A stretch of DNA of 64,000 nucleotides from assembly GCA_963799845.1 (NCBI GenBank), contig CAWCYI010000004.1, positions 1,952,001 through 2,016,000 on the forward strand. The letters run 5' to 3'. This stretch comes from an uncultured Nitrososphaerota archaeon. Its GTDB lineage: Archaea > Thermoproteota > Nitrososphaeria > Nitrososphaerales > CADDZS01. The notes below the pieces were generated by a model. It had not been told where the DNA came from and ran no database searches. It saw only the letters and a list, made by a program, of their open reading frames with translations. The position numbers and the translations under genes were made by a program. Below, one piece after another: positions 19,768 to 29,785 of the stretch; the stretch's first letter is position 1, and the number at the start of each line of letters is the position of its first letter.

Positions 19768-19969
19768 CGCTTTTCTTGTTCGAACCCCGTTCGGAACCGA
19801 CGATTTCGCTAGATGCTTTGTTTCTCTTATTATTTGCCTAAACCAATATTCTGACAAGAGCTCAAGTTCGCCGATCTTGTGGAATATCTGAGGGTTCAAA
19901 GTCCGTTGGATATATCCTGATTTCGGTTCGACTTTGTTCTTCACTTACGAGAAGCTCGCTGATAATTAA

Positions 19970-20459
19970 CTATGCAGTATTACTGGGTTGTTTAATGGGG
20001 AAGAACTTTCTGTAAGGTAGGAGCAAACCAACAACCAGGATTGCGGCGATCATGATAGAACCATAGTCCACGTATCTAAGAACACGATAGTCATTTGCAA
20101 AATCCAGAAGGAAGAGCACGGGCACAAACCCACGTCAAGTACCATGCCCACACCTCACCATTCCTATAAGCCGTCGCTGAAACAATCATGATGAAGGCCC
20201 CGAGGCCCGCGCTGAAGATCGCAAGGATCGTGATTAGATAGTAAATGTAATTGGCTACACCTGGACTCGACACGGCTAGCTGAGAAAATGGGGCGCCAGT
20301 CAGGGTCTCGACGGCATTTTCCGCGCCAGTGAGGATTCCAGGAGATAGGATTGTGGCGGACATGGAGAGCAGGAAGAATAGACCCATCACGAATGGAATT
20401 ATCCACGCATACTTTTCATACGCTTTCTCCCTTCGAATTACAGCCATGAAACTTAGCAA
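19970..20459 (-). pseudogene. Membrane protein, frameshifted at about 20130
   Basis: AYRNGEVWAWY continues in another frame as LFLLDF...LLLPYRKFFP. Confidence 0.55.
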
Positions 20460-20491
20460 CTGATGATCGTTATTTTATCCTTTGGCAAGAT

Positions 20492-21037
20492 TTGCCGCGA
20501 CAAAGGGACTGCTTAAAGCCGAGAGCCATTAGCTTCGTAGTAATGCCAAGTGAAGGAATAGAATCCATCAACGAAGAGAACGCGCATTTGGTTGTACCCA
20601 AAATAAAAATGGGTGCGATATGTCAGATTGGAATCGTTGTCAGGGATTTGCAAAAGGCGGTGGACAATTATTGGGAGAAATTGGGAATCGGCCCTTGGAT
20701 GACAGTCAGAATCGAGCCACCGCTCCTCAGGGATGTGAGCTTGCGGGGGAAACCCGTTGAGGCCTCAATGATGGCGGCAATTGCACAGAGTGGTAGCATC
20801 CAGCTGGAACTGATACAGCCCCTTGAAGGCCCAAACATCTGGAAGGAGTTCCTGGAGGAACGGGGTGGGGGCCTCCATCACGTCCAGTCGCTTGATCAGG
20901 ACGCTAATGCGGCGCTCGCCACGTTTAGAGAAATGGGAGTCGACGTGCTCATGAGTGGCAGGATTGGTGACAACATATTCTACTACATGGATACTGAGCC
21001 GCTTCTGGGAACCATCTATGAGTTCATAGGACACTGA
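20492..21037 (+). CDS. VOC family (methylmalonyl-CoA epimerase/glyoxalase-like) protein
   Basis: QIGIVVRDL, LGIGPW, QLELIQPLEG, EFLEERGGGLHHV. Confidence 0.88.
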   Translation: MPRQRDCLKPRAISFVVMPSEGIESINEENAHLVVPKIKMGAICQIGIVVRDLQKAVDNYWEKLGIGPWMTVRIEPPLLRDVSLRGKPVEASMMAAIAQSGSIQLELIQPLEGPNIWKEFLEERGGGLHHVQSLDQDANAALATFREMGVDVLMSGRIGDNIFYYMDTEPLLGTIYEFIGH

Positions 21038-21163
21038 TTTGCGAGGGTTATGATCGAATCTAGGGCGACTCGCATGTAACCTAGAATACGCCAAGATCTT
21101 TTGGGGTAACAAAGGCCTATCTCCATTAAGGAGAGCTTCCTAGAGGTATGCGGGTTTGCCAAC

Positions 21164-21212
21164 GGGGTTGCATTTTTACTAGTAAATTCGTGCGGGGGTC
21201 CCACCCTCCGCA
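21164..21212 (+). repeat. Palindromic repeat copy R6, 3'-truncated, just upstream of the integrase
   Basis: GGGGTTGCATTTTTACTAGTAAATTCGTGCGGGGGTCCCAC, nearly identical to 5812-5852. Confidence 0.9.
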
Positions 21213-21273
21213 TCTATATACATGCTGAGGACAGCAAATATTATCAATTCATAACGCTTGGCTCTGCAACGAT

Positions 21274-22554
21274 TTGTCAAAGCCATCAGAAAAGCTACGT
21301 GGAAAATCGCTGAGGCCGTACTTGGCGAGCTTCAAGAGTGAGCAAACAAAGGAAAGCTACTGCGGCAAGCTGCGCCTATTCTTGGAAAAAAGCGACCTGG
21401 AATTGGATGAGCTTGTTGAACTTGCGAGATCGCAGCCGAGCAAAGTAGAGGATCTCTTTTTCGATTTCATTGAGACTCGGAAGAAAGAGGGAGTCGGTGG
21501 ATCTACGATTCATATGGCGAGGGACGCTGTGAAACTTCTTCTCGAAATGAATGACATTGAAAAGGTGAACTGGAAGAAAATCGACCGCTTGATTCCACGC
21601 GCAAGAAGGCATGGCTCAGACAGGCCGCCCAGCTCCGAGGAGATCCGAAGGCTTCTGCTTCACGCGGACCTGAAAATGAAGTGCATTATTTTGCTGCTTG
21701 TCAGCTCCGGCATCAGGATCGGCGCACTAGAGTATCTTACCTGGGGCGATCTGGAACCGATCAAAGCGGCGGGATTTCAATTTGCCAAGCTGAGGGTGTA
21801 CTCGGGTGAGCCAGAGGAATACACAACCTTTGTGTCGCCAGAGTGCCATGAAGCTCTCCTAGAATACAGAAAGGCACGAGAAGATGTGGGCGAAAAGATC
21901 ACCAGGAAAAGTCCTCTTATCTCGATTCAACTTAATGAGAGAAAGATTGCAGAGGGCGCACCCGCAACTGCGAGAGTGGTCAAGTCCAGAGTAATCGCCA
22001 ACAAACTTGGACTTTTGTGGAAAGAAATGGGGCTGAGAGAAACTGTCGTCGGGGAAGGAAAAGCCATCAGGCAAAAAGCCATCAGGCACGAGTTCAAGCA
22101 AGCTCATGGTTTTCGCAAATTCTTCAAAGTCGAATGTGAGCGATTTACAAAATCTCTTTTCGTGGAGATATTCATGGGACATGCGACCGGAGTTACGGCA
22201 AGTTACATGAAGCCGCCAATCGAGAACATGATCGAGGAATATGTGAAAGCCATTCCTGGGATCACGATAATGACGAGTCGTGAAATCAAAAGCGAGCGCG
22301 AAATGAGAATGACGTTTCTTTTGCTAAGCGGCAAGTTCACGAAACAAGAAATCGAAGAAAAGCGCTTCGCCGATCTTCCTTACCTAGAACTTCAAAAGGT
22401 GATGGTAGAACGTCTCGAAGATGAAAAGGAGAAAGCTAGTAAGAGTAAGGGGCAGATCGTAGTACCCGTGAGCGAGGTTAAGAATTATCTTGCACAGGGA
22501 TACGACTTGATCGCCCCTTTAGGAAATGGAGAAGCCGTTCTCAAACCCATCTGA
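21274..22554 (+). CDS. Tyrosine recombinase/integrase
   Basis: SSGIRIGAL (R), HGFRK (HxxR), FMGH, SY (catalytic Y). Confidence 0.92.
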   Translation: MSKPSEKLRGKSLRPYLASFKSEQTKESYCGKLRLFLEKSDLELDELVELARSQPSKVEDLFFDFIETRKKEGVGGSTIHMARDAVKLLLEMNDIEKVNWKKIDRLIPRARRHGSDRPPSSEEIRRLLLHADLKMKCIILLLVSSGIRIGALEYLTWGDLEPIKAAGFQFAKLRVYSGEPEEYTTFVSPECHEALLEYRKAREDVGEKITRKSPLISIQLNERKIAEGAPATARVVKSRVIANKLGLLWKEMGLRETVVGEGKAIRQKAIRHEFKQAHGFRKFFKVECERFTKSLFVEIFMGHATGVTASYMKPPIENMIEEYVKAIPGITIMTSREIKSEREMRMTFLLLSGKFTKQEIEEKRFADLPYLELQKVMVERLEDEKEKASKSKGQIVVPVSEVKNYLAQGYDLIAPLGNGEAVLKPI

Positions 22555-22959
22555 GGCCAAGCACCACGGATTTCGATGGTCGGGGGGAGTGTCTTTCCCC
22601 TCGGCGGCCCCACGGATCCTCTTTCCTTTTTCTCTGGCGCGGATCTCATCCAGGCGCGGTTTCTTCCTCGCTTCCCGTATCAGGCTCCCTTTTAGCCTGG
22701 AAGCCATTGTATCGGGAGTGATACTTTTCTGACACGAATTTGCTGTCGATGACGAGCTGGATCGCAAACCATTTTCCAGTCTCACAGAGCAGCGAAACGT
22801 ACTCTTTTGCCAGCTCTTCCGTGTCGGGGCGGGAGAGGAAGCGCGCGCGCCGTTCTTTGAATTCTTTACACCTTTTTTCAGGCCACCGATCTACATAGCG
22901 ACCTGCATTGTTGGCGCTACATTATTACCACTCATTAAGTTTTCTCCATAGTTTCCTTA

Positions 22960-23217
22960 ATGGCCCAGATCCTCATCCACATCTCCGCCCGACAAAACCT
23001 GGCCTACGTCAAAAAAGAGATCACAAACGCGCTCGGTTACGAGCTGGCAGGATATACTGCTGGCCTGGCGTTGATCCTAGTCCCGTCGCAGAAAGGTACC
23101 GACGAGGAAATCATTCAGAGCATTGATCTAGCAACACAAGAGCTCAAGTTTGAACTGGGGAGAAGCATCCGCCCTAAAACGCGGTCCGAGCCGCACAGGA
23201 AATCTGGGGGTTCGTAA
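22960..23217 (+). CDS. Hypothetical protein
   Basis: ORF in the co-oriented run after the integrase. Confidence 0.5.
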   Translation: MAQILIHISARQNLAYVKKEITNALGYELAGYTAGLALILVPSQKGTDEEIIQSIDLATQELKFELGRSIRPKTRSEPHRKSGGS

Positions 23218-23452
23218 TTTGCCACGCAAAATCGGAAATCCGAAAGCGGCCGATTTTAAACCTTCGTCGCCTAAAGTCATCTCCCTGAAACCCCTCAAGA
23301 GCTTCTCGATGCAGGATCGTCCTGATTCACTATTTACAAAAGTCATCTTGCAGGAACCAGACGAGATTTCTGAGGCAGATTTCAAAGCCAAACTTTCAGC
23401 ATGGTTTTCGATCCTGGAAATAGAAAGCCACGAACAACGAGTCATGCCCTAA
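23150..23452 (+). CDS. Small hypothetical protein (EPDEISEADFKAKL type)
   Basis: Has a paralog at 31224-31411. Confidence 0.6.
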   Translation: MNWGEASALKRGPSRTGNLGVRNLPRKIGNPKAADFKPSSPKVISLKPLKSFSMQDRPDSLFTKVILQEPDEISEADFKAKLSAWFSILEIESHEQRVMP

Positions 23453-23629
23453 CATTTCTCGCAGGCGCACAAGAACAATGAGAAATAAGAGAAACGCGAC
23501 TGTCGGTTTCCAAGCCCCCAGGTCGCGTTGTCCTAATCCAACGGTATTTTGGACTGATCGACAATGACTGACACCCATTCCTTCCGTATAACAATTTCGA
23601 CGAAATCGCTTCGCGAGGATTGATGATCG

Positions 23630-24685
23630 ATGGTAGATTCACCAGACCTCAAACCGACAAGCGAAGCGGAGACCGCAACGCGCAGGGAGCTGACCATCCG
23701 ACACAGGAAGATTCTTTCTTCCGAATGGACCTCGCCGCAGATCCAATCCAAGCTCCCGATTCTCTGGACGGCAATTACTTTCCTCGCCAGTTTGAGGATG
23801 AACTACGTCGAGGACGAGAAAAAGAAATCCTGCCCCATCTTCCTGATTACGCTCTACGGGATTGCATACACTCGGCCTGCTTACCTCAGAGTTCGCGAGA
23901 ATCCAAATTGGGGGCGCACTCTGCTCGCCAGGCGAAAACATGCAATCGAGATGAACATCGTCCGAGGGAAGAAAGGGCAGCAGCTAACCCCGCTTGAGAT
24001 CGAACTATTCGAGATCATGGACGCTGCCAAACAATTCGTACCCTTTGACATGATCTTGAAGCTGGATTCGATCATGCGGGCTGCCGAAGGGGTACCCGCG
24101 CCAGCAAAGTCGAGCGAAGTACCGGATTCACTGCGCGGCGATCTTCGCGCCTATCAAACGGTCTCAGAAGAAGAAGAAAAGCAACTGCGCGTTGATCCCG
24201 AGGAAGAAGAACGTCTGCGGAAAAGATCCGAGAAGGAACGCGACGAAAAGAAACGCGATCTCCGAAGCAAAATAGTCCACTACAAAGAGGTCGCGAAAAA
24301 CTGCATGAACCATCTCGCAGACGGCGATTCGGTTGAGGCATATGAGCGCAATTTGGCGGACACTCGACTAAAGCTGGCGAAGCATCGCTCAGATCTCAAA
24401 GAGCTCATGGCCCAGGATGGGGAAAAAATCCACGAAAACGACCCGACGTTCAAAGACGACGATCCTTACCAGGAAAATATCCTCTCGGCGCAAGAGGCTG
24501 TCCAGAACGCGACAAAATCCGAGGAAATTTTCAATCACATAGTTGAGATTCAACAACGCCTCAACGGAAATCGCGAAGCAATTCTCAATCCAGCGCAACG
24601 GAAAATACTGGAAGCTGAATTCAGAGCTCAGGTCGCAAATTTCCAGAAGCTCGGCGGCGACGTGAAAAGGTTGGACAAGATTTGA
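23630..24685 (+). CDS. Hypothetical coiled-coil protein
   Basis: Long charged ORF, coupled to the next gene. Confidence 0.7.
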   Translation: MVDSPDLKPTSEAETATRRELTIRHRKILSSEWTSPQIQSKLPILWTAITFLASLRMNYVEDEKKKSCPIFLITLYGIAYTRPAYLRVRENPNWGRTLLARRKHAIEMNIVRGKKGQQLTPLEIELFEIMDAAKQFVPFDMILKLDSIMRAAEGVPAPAKSSEVPDSLRGDLRAYQTVSEEEEKQLRVDPEEEERLRKRSEKERDEKKRDLRSKIVHYKEVAKNCMNHLADGDSVEAYERNLADTRLKLAKHRSDLKELMAQDGEKIHENDPTFKDDDPYQENILSAQEAVQNATKSEEIFNHIVEIQQRLNGNREAILNPAQRKILEAEFRAQVANFQKLGGDVKRLDKI

Positions 24686-25152
24686 GCCAAGTCCAGACCA
24701 AGCAGAAACGAAAGTTGAGGGATAAAATCCTCGACTATTCAAACGAGGGCAAATCGGTCGTCGAGGATGCAACCGTCGCGAGAATCCCGATGGATTCCAA
24801 ATCGGAGAGCCGCCTCGGTCATTATGCTGACACAAAGCAGATCATAACAAAACGCCTAACGCGGCGGGAAGTTATCACGGGACAACTCGCCATCCAGTTA
24901 GGTGAAAGCGAGGACATTGCAAAAATGGTCGCTGCCGATCTCAGGCATCAACGCCTGGGCGTTCCGCGCGTAGAGACTCCGAAGGAACGAAGCCTGCGGG
25001 AGTGGCAAAATCTTGAGCGAGGGATGGACACGCAATTTGGATCTCCCAAGCCGACAAGTTTCTGGAAGAAAATTGAGGCGATGCCAGAGAAACAAATCGT
25101 AGAGGAACAATTCGCTGAGGGTGAGCCTCAACGGAACAACATTACGGAATGA
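24682..25152 (+). CDS. Hypothetical protein
   Basis: Start overlaps the previous stop codon. Confidence 0.6.
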   Translation: MSQVQTKQKRKLRDKILDYSNEGKSVVEDATVARIPMDSKSESRLGHYADTKQIITKRLTRREVITGQLAIQLGESEDIAKMVAADLRHQRLGVPRVETPKERSLREWQNLERGMDTQFGSPKPTSFWKKIEAMPEKQIVEEQFAEGEPQRNNITE

Positions 25153-25187
25153 GGCGGTTCGGAGATGAAATTTGCGTTTTATAATTC

Positions 25188-25514
25188 ATGGGTGTCTGCG
25201 GTTCATGTCTCGCGCACGCGAGAAGTTTTTTCCCCACTAACAACGAAGCCGAGGTCCAGATCGTCGCCAGCTCTACGATCATGGCTCTACACCATCATCG
25301 CTGCGACTATGAAAAGTGCAAGTGTCAGTGTAACTATCCCCGTCGCATGTGCGCCAATCTCAATCTTGCTCGGGAACGAGTGTTGAAATTACTTGAGTGC
25401 TTCGCGGGCAATCCAAACGGACAAGCGTGGAGTCCGAATGGTCGAGGTGTTATGCCCCTGCCCGTGCCGGCACAAATTCATGGTTCCAATCCCAAGCAAA
25501 AATTCCGCAAATGA
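25188..25514 (+). CDS. Cys/His-rich putative zinc-binding protein
   Basis: CGSC...HRC...CKCQC...C. Confidence 0.4.
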   Translation: MGVCGSCLAHARSFFPTNNEAEVQIVASSTIMALHHHRCDYEKCKCQCNYPRRMCANLNLARERVLKLLECFAGNPNGQAWSPNGRGVMPLPVPAQIHGSNPKQKFRK

Positions 25515-25995
25515 CGGAGCTTACTACGCGCCTAACATCAAGAAACTGGCGCGGTTTCATCAAAGAATCCTTCAAGTGTTGCGTACCGCGAAAGATTCGC
25601 AATGCAGCGGGCTTCGGAATCTCGAAATCCAAAGTCTAGTGAACGCCCTTTGCAGGACGAACCAAGAACCACCGTTTAGTCCAAACGGGTTTTCTGGACG
25701 ACTAGCCGAGTTAAGAGGACTCGAACTAATCTTAGGCGGTTCCAGCAAACCAGCTATCTCGGGAGATCAGGAAGATCCACCCGAATCCTATCAATGGCGT
25801 TTCTCTGAGAAGGACCGTGAGGACATTCAACGTTGGGCGATCACGCGGAAGGGAATTGTGGCTTTGGAAGAAGGGCCCTGGAAGGAAACCGTTGATGAGG
25901 CATACACACACGAGCAAGAGCGAACCCACGAGATCGCGAGCGAATTTTTCTCGACGCAGAAGGTTCTCGAACCACCCCCGCCCCCAGAGGAATGA
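25393..25995 (+). CDS. Zn-ribbon plus winged-helix-like protein
   Basis: CPCPC; SGRLAELRGLELI...RWAITR, similar to 27290-27550. Confidence 0.55.
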   Translation: MSASRAIQTDKRGVRMVEVLCPCPCRHKFMVPIPSKNSANDGAYYAPNIKKLARFHQRILQVLRTAKDSQCSGLRNLEIQSLVNALCRTNQEPPFSPNGFSGRLAELRGLELILGGSSKPAISGDQEDPPESYQWRFSEKDREDIQRWAITRKGIVALEEGPWKETVDEAYTHEQERTHEIASEFFSTQKVLEPPPPPEE

Positions 25996-27293
25996 AAGTC
26001 ACGCAGCAAGAAAAGACCGAGCCGCAGAGGACCGAGGTACTAATCTCGGAAATCAACATCGGCAACCGGATCCGGAAGGACTTTGGCGATATTGAAAGCC
26101 TCGCCAATTCCATAATGGAAATCGGGCTGCTGCATCCCGTCGTAGTCCGTCTCGAAAATAACGAACTGAATTTAATGTCAGGCCGCCGTCGACTGGCTGC
26201 CTATCAACATCTCGGATTCGCGAAGATCCCCATCTACATCACAACAACTGCAACCGAAGCCATTGAGATCGAGATTCACGAGAATCTTGAGCGAAAAGAT
26301 TTCTCCGTTACTGAAATGGTTGAGGTCGATTCATGGCTGCGCCCCAGGCTTGAGGAAGAAGCCAAAGAGCGCATGAAGGCTGGCGCGAAGAAAGGTGGCG
26401 AGTCCAAAGGTAAGAAGGGAAAAGCCGCCACTAGAAAAGCGGAACAACGCACGAGAGACGCAATAGCAAAGGTCGTCGGAAAAAGCGGTCGTACGATCGA
26501 CAAAGCAAAGAGACTCGTGGAAGCTGCAAAGGCAAATCCTGAGATCTTCCGACCACTGCTCTCCAAAGTGGAGATGGGGCAGCTCTCTATCGACCGAGCT
26601 CTTGACCAAGTGAAGCACATCGAGAAGGTTCAGGAATCCGAGAGGATTATCGCAAAGTTGCCCGCTGAACTCGACGACAAGATCATCCACGGAGATTTTA
26701 CTAAGGTCTGCAAGACACTCAAAATGAATTCGATCAAGCTGATTTTTACAGACCCGCCGTACGGAAGGGACGGCCTGCCGGTGATCAAAGAACTCGCCAA
26801 CATATCTTTCACGCTCTTGAAGAACGGCGGCTATCTGGCGTTTTACTCGGGTCAAGAATTCCTTCCCGAAGTGTTCGAGATTTTCCGCGATTTCCTAAAG
26901 GACGGCTCTTTGAAATGGGTGTGGCCGGGCGCGGTCTTTCACGAGAGCGAGCAGCCAGGTTACAATCTCTTTGGAAAGAAAATCACGGTTACGAATCGCT
27001 GGAAGCCGATCCTGATTTTCGTGAAGGGCGAACCCGAGGGAGATAACATCGGGTTTGTCGATTTCCTGACTGGCGAGAAAGGGCGGAAAGAGGATCATGA
27101 GTGGGCGCAGGGCGAATCAGAGGCGCGGTACTTTATCGAGAAACTGACCAAGCCAGGCGAGTATGTTTTGGATCCAATGCTCGGCTGTGGTACTACATTG
27201 AGGGCAGCGAAGGATCTGAAACGTCGCGGGATTGGGATCGAGATTAATGAGGACAGTTACAAGATCGCGGTTGCGAAAGTGTCAGCGAAATGA
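25992..27293 (+). CDS. ParB-like N-terminal domain fused to an amino-DNA methyltransferase
   Basis: LANSIMEIGLLHPVVV, GRRRL, ENLERKD; FTDPPY; VLDPMLGCGTT. Confidence 0.9.
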   Translation: MKVTQQEKTEPQRTEVLISEINIGNRIRKDFGDIESLANSIMEIGLLHPVVVRLENNELNLMSGRRRLAAYQHLGFAKIPIYITTTATEAIEIEIHENLERKDFSVTEMVEVDSWLRPRLEEEAKERMKAGAKKGGESKGKKGKAATRKAEQRTRDAIAKVVGKSGRTIDKAKRLVEAAKANPEIFRPLLSKVEMGQLSIDRALDQVKHIEKVQESERIIAKLPAELDDKIIHGDFTKVCKTLKMNSIKLIFTDPPYGRDGLPVIKELANISFTLLKNGGYLAFYSGQEFLPEVFEIFRDFLKDGSLKWVWPGAVFHESEQPGYNLFGKKITVTNRWKPILIFVKGEPEGDNIGFVDFLTGEKGRKEDHEWAQGESEARYFIEKLTKPGEYVLDPMLGCGTTLRAAKDLKRRGIGIEINEDSYKIAVAKVSAK

Positions 27294-27550
27294 TGAGTGG
27301 TAGCAAGACAAGAATGCGGATCAGGCAGCTTAGTCGAGGACACAGACTTTTGCTCACCGTCTTGAAAGCCAACAGCAAGCTGACGATGTGGCAGGCGTAC
27401 CAAAAACAAATGGAGCTCACAAGAGGAACCCAGGAAAAAGGTCTGATGCCGTGGTCCGTTGCGGGGAGATTGTCAGAAATGAAAACCATTGGGCTTGTAG
27501 TGAACAGAGACGGTCGTTGGGCGATCACCAGGCTGGTCAGACCGCGTTAG
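27290..27550 (+). CDS. Small winged-helix-like protein
   Basis: SVAGRLSEMKTIGLV...RWAITR. Confidence 0.55.
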   Translation: MMSGSKTRMRIRQLSRGHRLLLTVLKANSKLTMWQAYQKQMELTRGTQEKGLMPWSVAGRLSEMKTIGLVVNRDGRWAITRLVRPR

Positions 27551-27566
27551 TGAATGGGAATATAGA

Positions 27567-27764
27567 ATGAAAATTGTGATCTCCCAAGACAGTGAAAAAG
27601 AGAGGAACACAGACCTGATGATAATCGGCGCGGTTTCGTTTGCCCTGCGAGAAATTCCAAAATCACAACAGGCTAATCCTCTAATCGAGATGTTCAGAGA
27701 ATCTATCCAGTCTGCGATCAAAGACGACGCAGAGTGCCGCGCTAGATTGGGGCTGGCGAAATGA
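27567..27764 (+). CDS. Hypothetical protein
   Basis: Coupled to the MTase start (ATGA overlap). Confidence 0.5.
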   Translation: MKIVISQDSEKERNTDLMIIGAVSFALREIPKSQQANPLIEMFRESIQSAIKDDAECRARLGLAK

Positions 27765-28627
27765 ACGGACAAGACCGCCAGCTCTTGATGTTCAAGACCG
27801 CAGACAAAGGCTTCAAAGCTGAGAAGATTGGGAACGCGCAGCTGATCTTGGGCGACGCTATGGACTTCATGGCGAACCTTCCTGACAAGTGCATTGACGC
27901 AGTTGTTACATCGCCGCCGTTTCGGATTGAAGATCTAATTGGACGTGGGGATTATCGCGACCGCGATTACGACTACTATCTAGCATTGACGAAGTACCTC
28001 GTAGAGATTGAGAGGGTTACAATCGACACTGCCCTTATCTTCAATTCGAGCGTCAATCTCCCTTCACTTGCGTACAGGTTCTACGGAAATCGCAGCCCCG
28101 AGGATAACAACGGTCTTAACCTAAAGCGGATTTTGATCTGGGACAAATTCCGTGGGATGGAACCTTTCCGGTACGAGCCGATCCTAGCCTTCCAGTTTTC
28201 CACGGCCCGATACAATCTGAACTCGTCGGTTTTTACGGACTGTTACCACTGCCCTAGTGTTCCCAAGCAAGATATGATCCACGACTATCAGAATCCTATC
28301 AGGATCCAAGAGCGTTGGCTGCTCAAAATTCTGCAACATCGCAACGCCAAGAAATTCACGAAAGTTGTGTACGACCCATTCATGGGCAGTGGCAGTATAC
28401 TAGCTGCGGGCCTAAGCTTCCCAGGAATTAGGACAATCGGCACAGAGATCGACCCCATGAGTTTCGAGGGCGCGAAAATGAGTGCCGCTTTGAAGAAACA
28501 GCTCTTTGCGGACCGCCCCAAGAGCGATTTAGAGAATTTGATCGAGGGCCGATTTGAAACGGAGCTGTCGAAGATCTACTTTGCCAAGTTTCCAGAGAGG
28601 CGGAAATTACGGGTATCAGGGAAATGA
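27761..28627 (+). CDS. Site-specific DNA methyltransferase (beta class, N4-C/N6-A)
   Basis: VVTSPPF; VYDPFMGSGS; GTEID. Confidence 0.88.
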   Translation: MNGQDRQLLMFKTADKGFKAEKIGNAQLILGDAMDFMANLPDKCIDAVVTSPPFRIEDLIGRGDYRDRDYDYYLALTKYLVEIERVTIDTALIFNSSVNLPSLAYRFYGNRSPEDNNGLNLKRILIWDKFRGMEPFRYEPILAFQFSTARYNLNSSVFTDCYHCPSVPKQDMIHDYQNPIRIQERWLLKILQHRNAKKFTKVVYDPFMGSGSILAAGLSFPGIRTIGTEIDPMSFEGAKMSAALKKQLFADRPKSDLENLIEGRFETELSKIYFAKFPERRKLRVSGK

Positions 28628-28648
28628 GTTACCAAATGGTGAAAGGAA

Positions 28649-29785
28649 TTGAGTAAGCAGCAGACTGTACAGCAACAAGAAACGATCTCACAAGAGCTCG
28701 CTCTGACCGAGGACGATCAGTATGGAATTATGGATACCTTAGACGACGACATTATTCGCCTAGAACTAGGCGGTATCCTAGTCAGCGAGCTCATCTACGA
28801 GTTCGATATGGCGACGAAACCGAATCCGACTCACGTAATTGGATTGACCGTTCACGGCGCGAATGAGATGGCACGTCTCGCTCTGAGAAAGCTCGATGTG
28901 GATATTCTCTGCGAAATGCCGATCACGGTAGAACGTCCTAACAGTTTCAAATCCTTTTGCAAAATAGCAATAGTCGAGCCAACTGGACGGCGTTTCGAGG
29001 TTTGGGGAGAGAAGATCCAACCGAAAAGCATCATCCGAAAAGATGGATCAGTAGCGAAGGAAAACGATCCCAACGCCGAGGTTATCTCGGACATGAAGGC
29101 ACAACGAAATGCGATACTCAAAATATTTCCACCCAAAACTTCCGCAACGATATTGAAACAGATCGAGTCGGACGGCGCGGATCCAAAAACAAAGACTATC
29201 AAGAAGCTCTCACCCGACGAGGTTCAGGCTGCTGCTAGAAAAGCAAGAGGCGTTGGCCGTGCCCTCGCGGTGGACAATGCGCCAGCCAAAAAAATCGAAA
29301 CCCAAGCCCAAGAGAAGCCTTCCGACAGTGTAGCTACTCAGTCTAACAAGCCCGCAACCACGACAGAGCCAGCCGAGAAGAAACCTAGCAATGGCAACGG
29401 TTCAACTTCTGCATCGGCCTTTGATGTTTCGGCAGTAAAGACACCTAGCAAGCAGATCACTGAAAAGGATCAGCAGAGGTTCCAGCAAATCATCGACGAA
29501 AACAAAATCCGTTTTCGGGTCTATGGACCTGGCAACACGAAGGAATGGATCGCAGACGATCCGAATTCAGAGGACGAGACGAAGCGATACGAGAAATATG
29601 CAGCACTTCGCCCCGTGAAAGGCAGTGGCGCAGAGATCCCAGGGTTCAACGATCTTGCAGCTTTTCTCACAGAGTTTGGCGGCACTTTCATCGAACCGCC
29701 TAACTCCCTGACGGGCAAGCCAGGCTTCATCTACGTCCTCGCGGAAAAGCTCGGAGAGACTGTAATTCAGCGCAAGATACAATGA
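28649..29785 (+). CDS. Hypothetical protein, possibly a phage-type single-strand annealing protein
   Basis: GLTVHGANEMAR...KAQRNAILKIFP core followed by a low-complexity linker; functional guess only. Confidence 0.45.
   Translation: MSKQQTVQQQETISQELALTEDDQYGIMDTLDDDIIRLELGGILVSELIYEFDMATKPNPTHVIGLTVHGANEMARLALRKLDVDILCEMPITVERPNSFKSFCKIAIVEPTGRRFEVWGEKIQPKSIIRKDGSVAKENDPNAEVISDMKAQRNAILKIFPPKTSATILKQIESDGADPKTKTIKKLSPDEVQAAARKARGVGRALAVDNAPAKKIETQAQEKPSDSVATQSNKPATTTEPAEKKPSNGNGSTSASAFDVSAVKTPSKQITEKDQQRFQQIIDENKIRFRVYGPGNTKEWIADDPNSEDETKRYEKYAALRPVKGSGAEIPGFNDLAAFLTEFGGTFIEPPNSLTGKPGFIYVLAEKLGETVIQRKIQ

Noticed and set aside
501-21212. CRISPR array from the recurring TTTACTAGTAAATTCGTG
   Set aside because: Copies are kilobases apart or in 2-3-unit composites with conserved spacers; no regular repeat-spacer period and no cas genes
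21274-22554. Canonical integron integrase with attC cassettes
   Set aside because: Repeats lack RYYYAAC/GTTRRRY ends, genes are in mixed orientation, and no IntI-specific insertion could be recognised; kept only as an integron-like hypothesis
22572-22617. Intact tRNA gene
   Set aside because: No T-loop consensus, D arm or anticodon arm; at most a remnant
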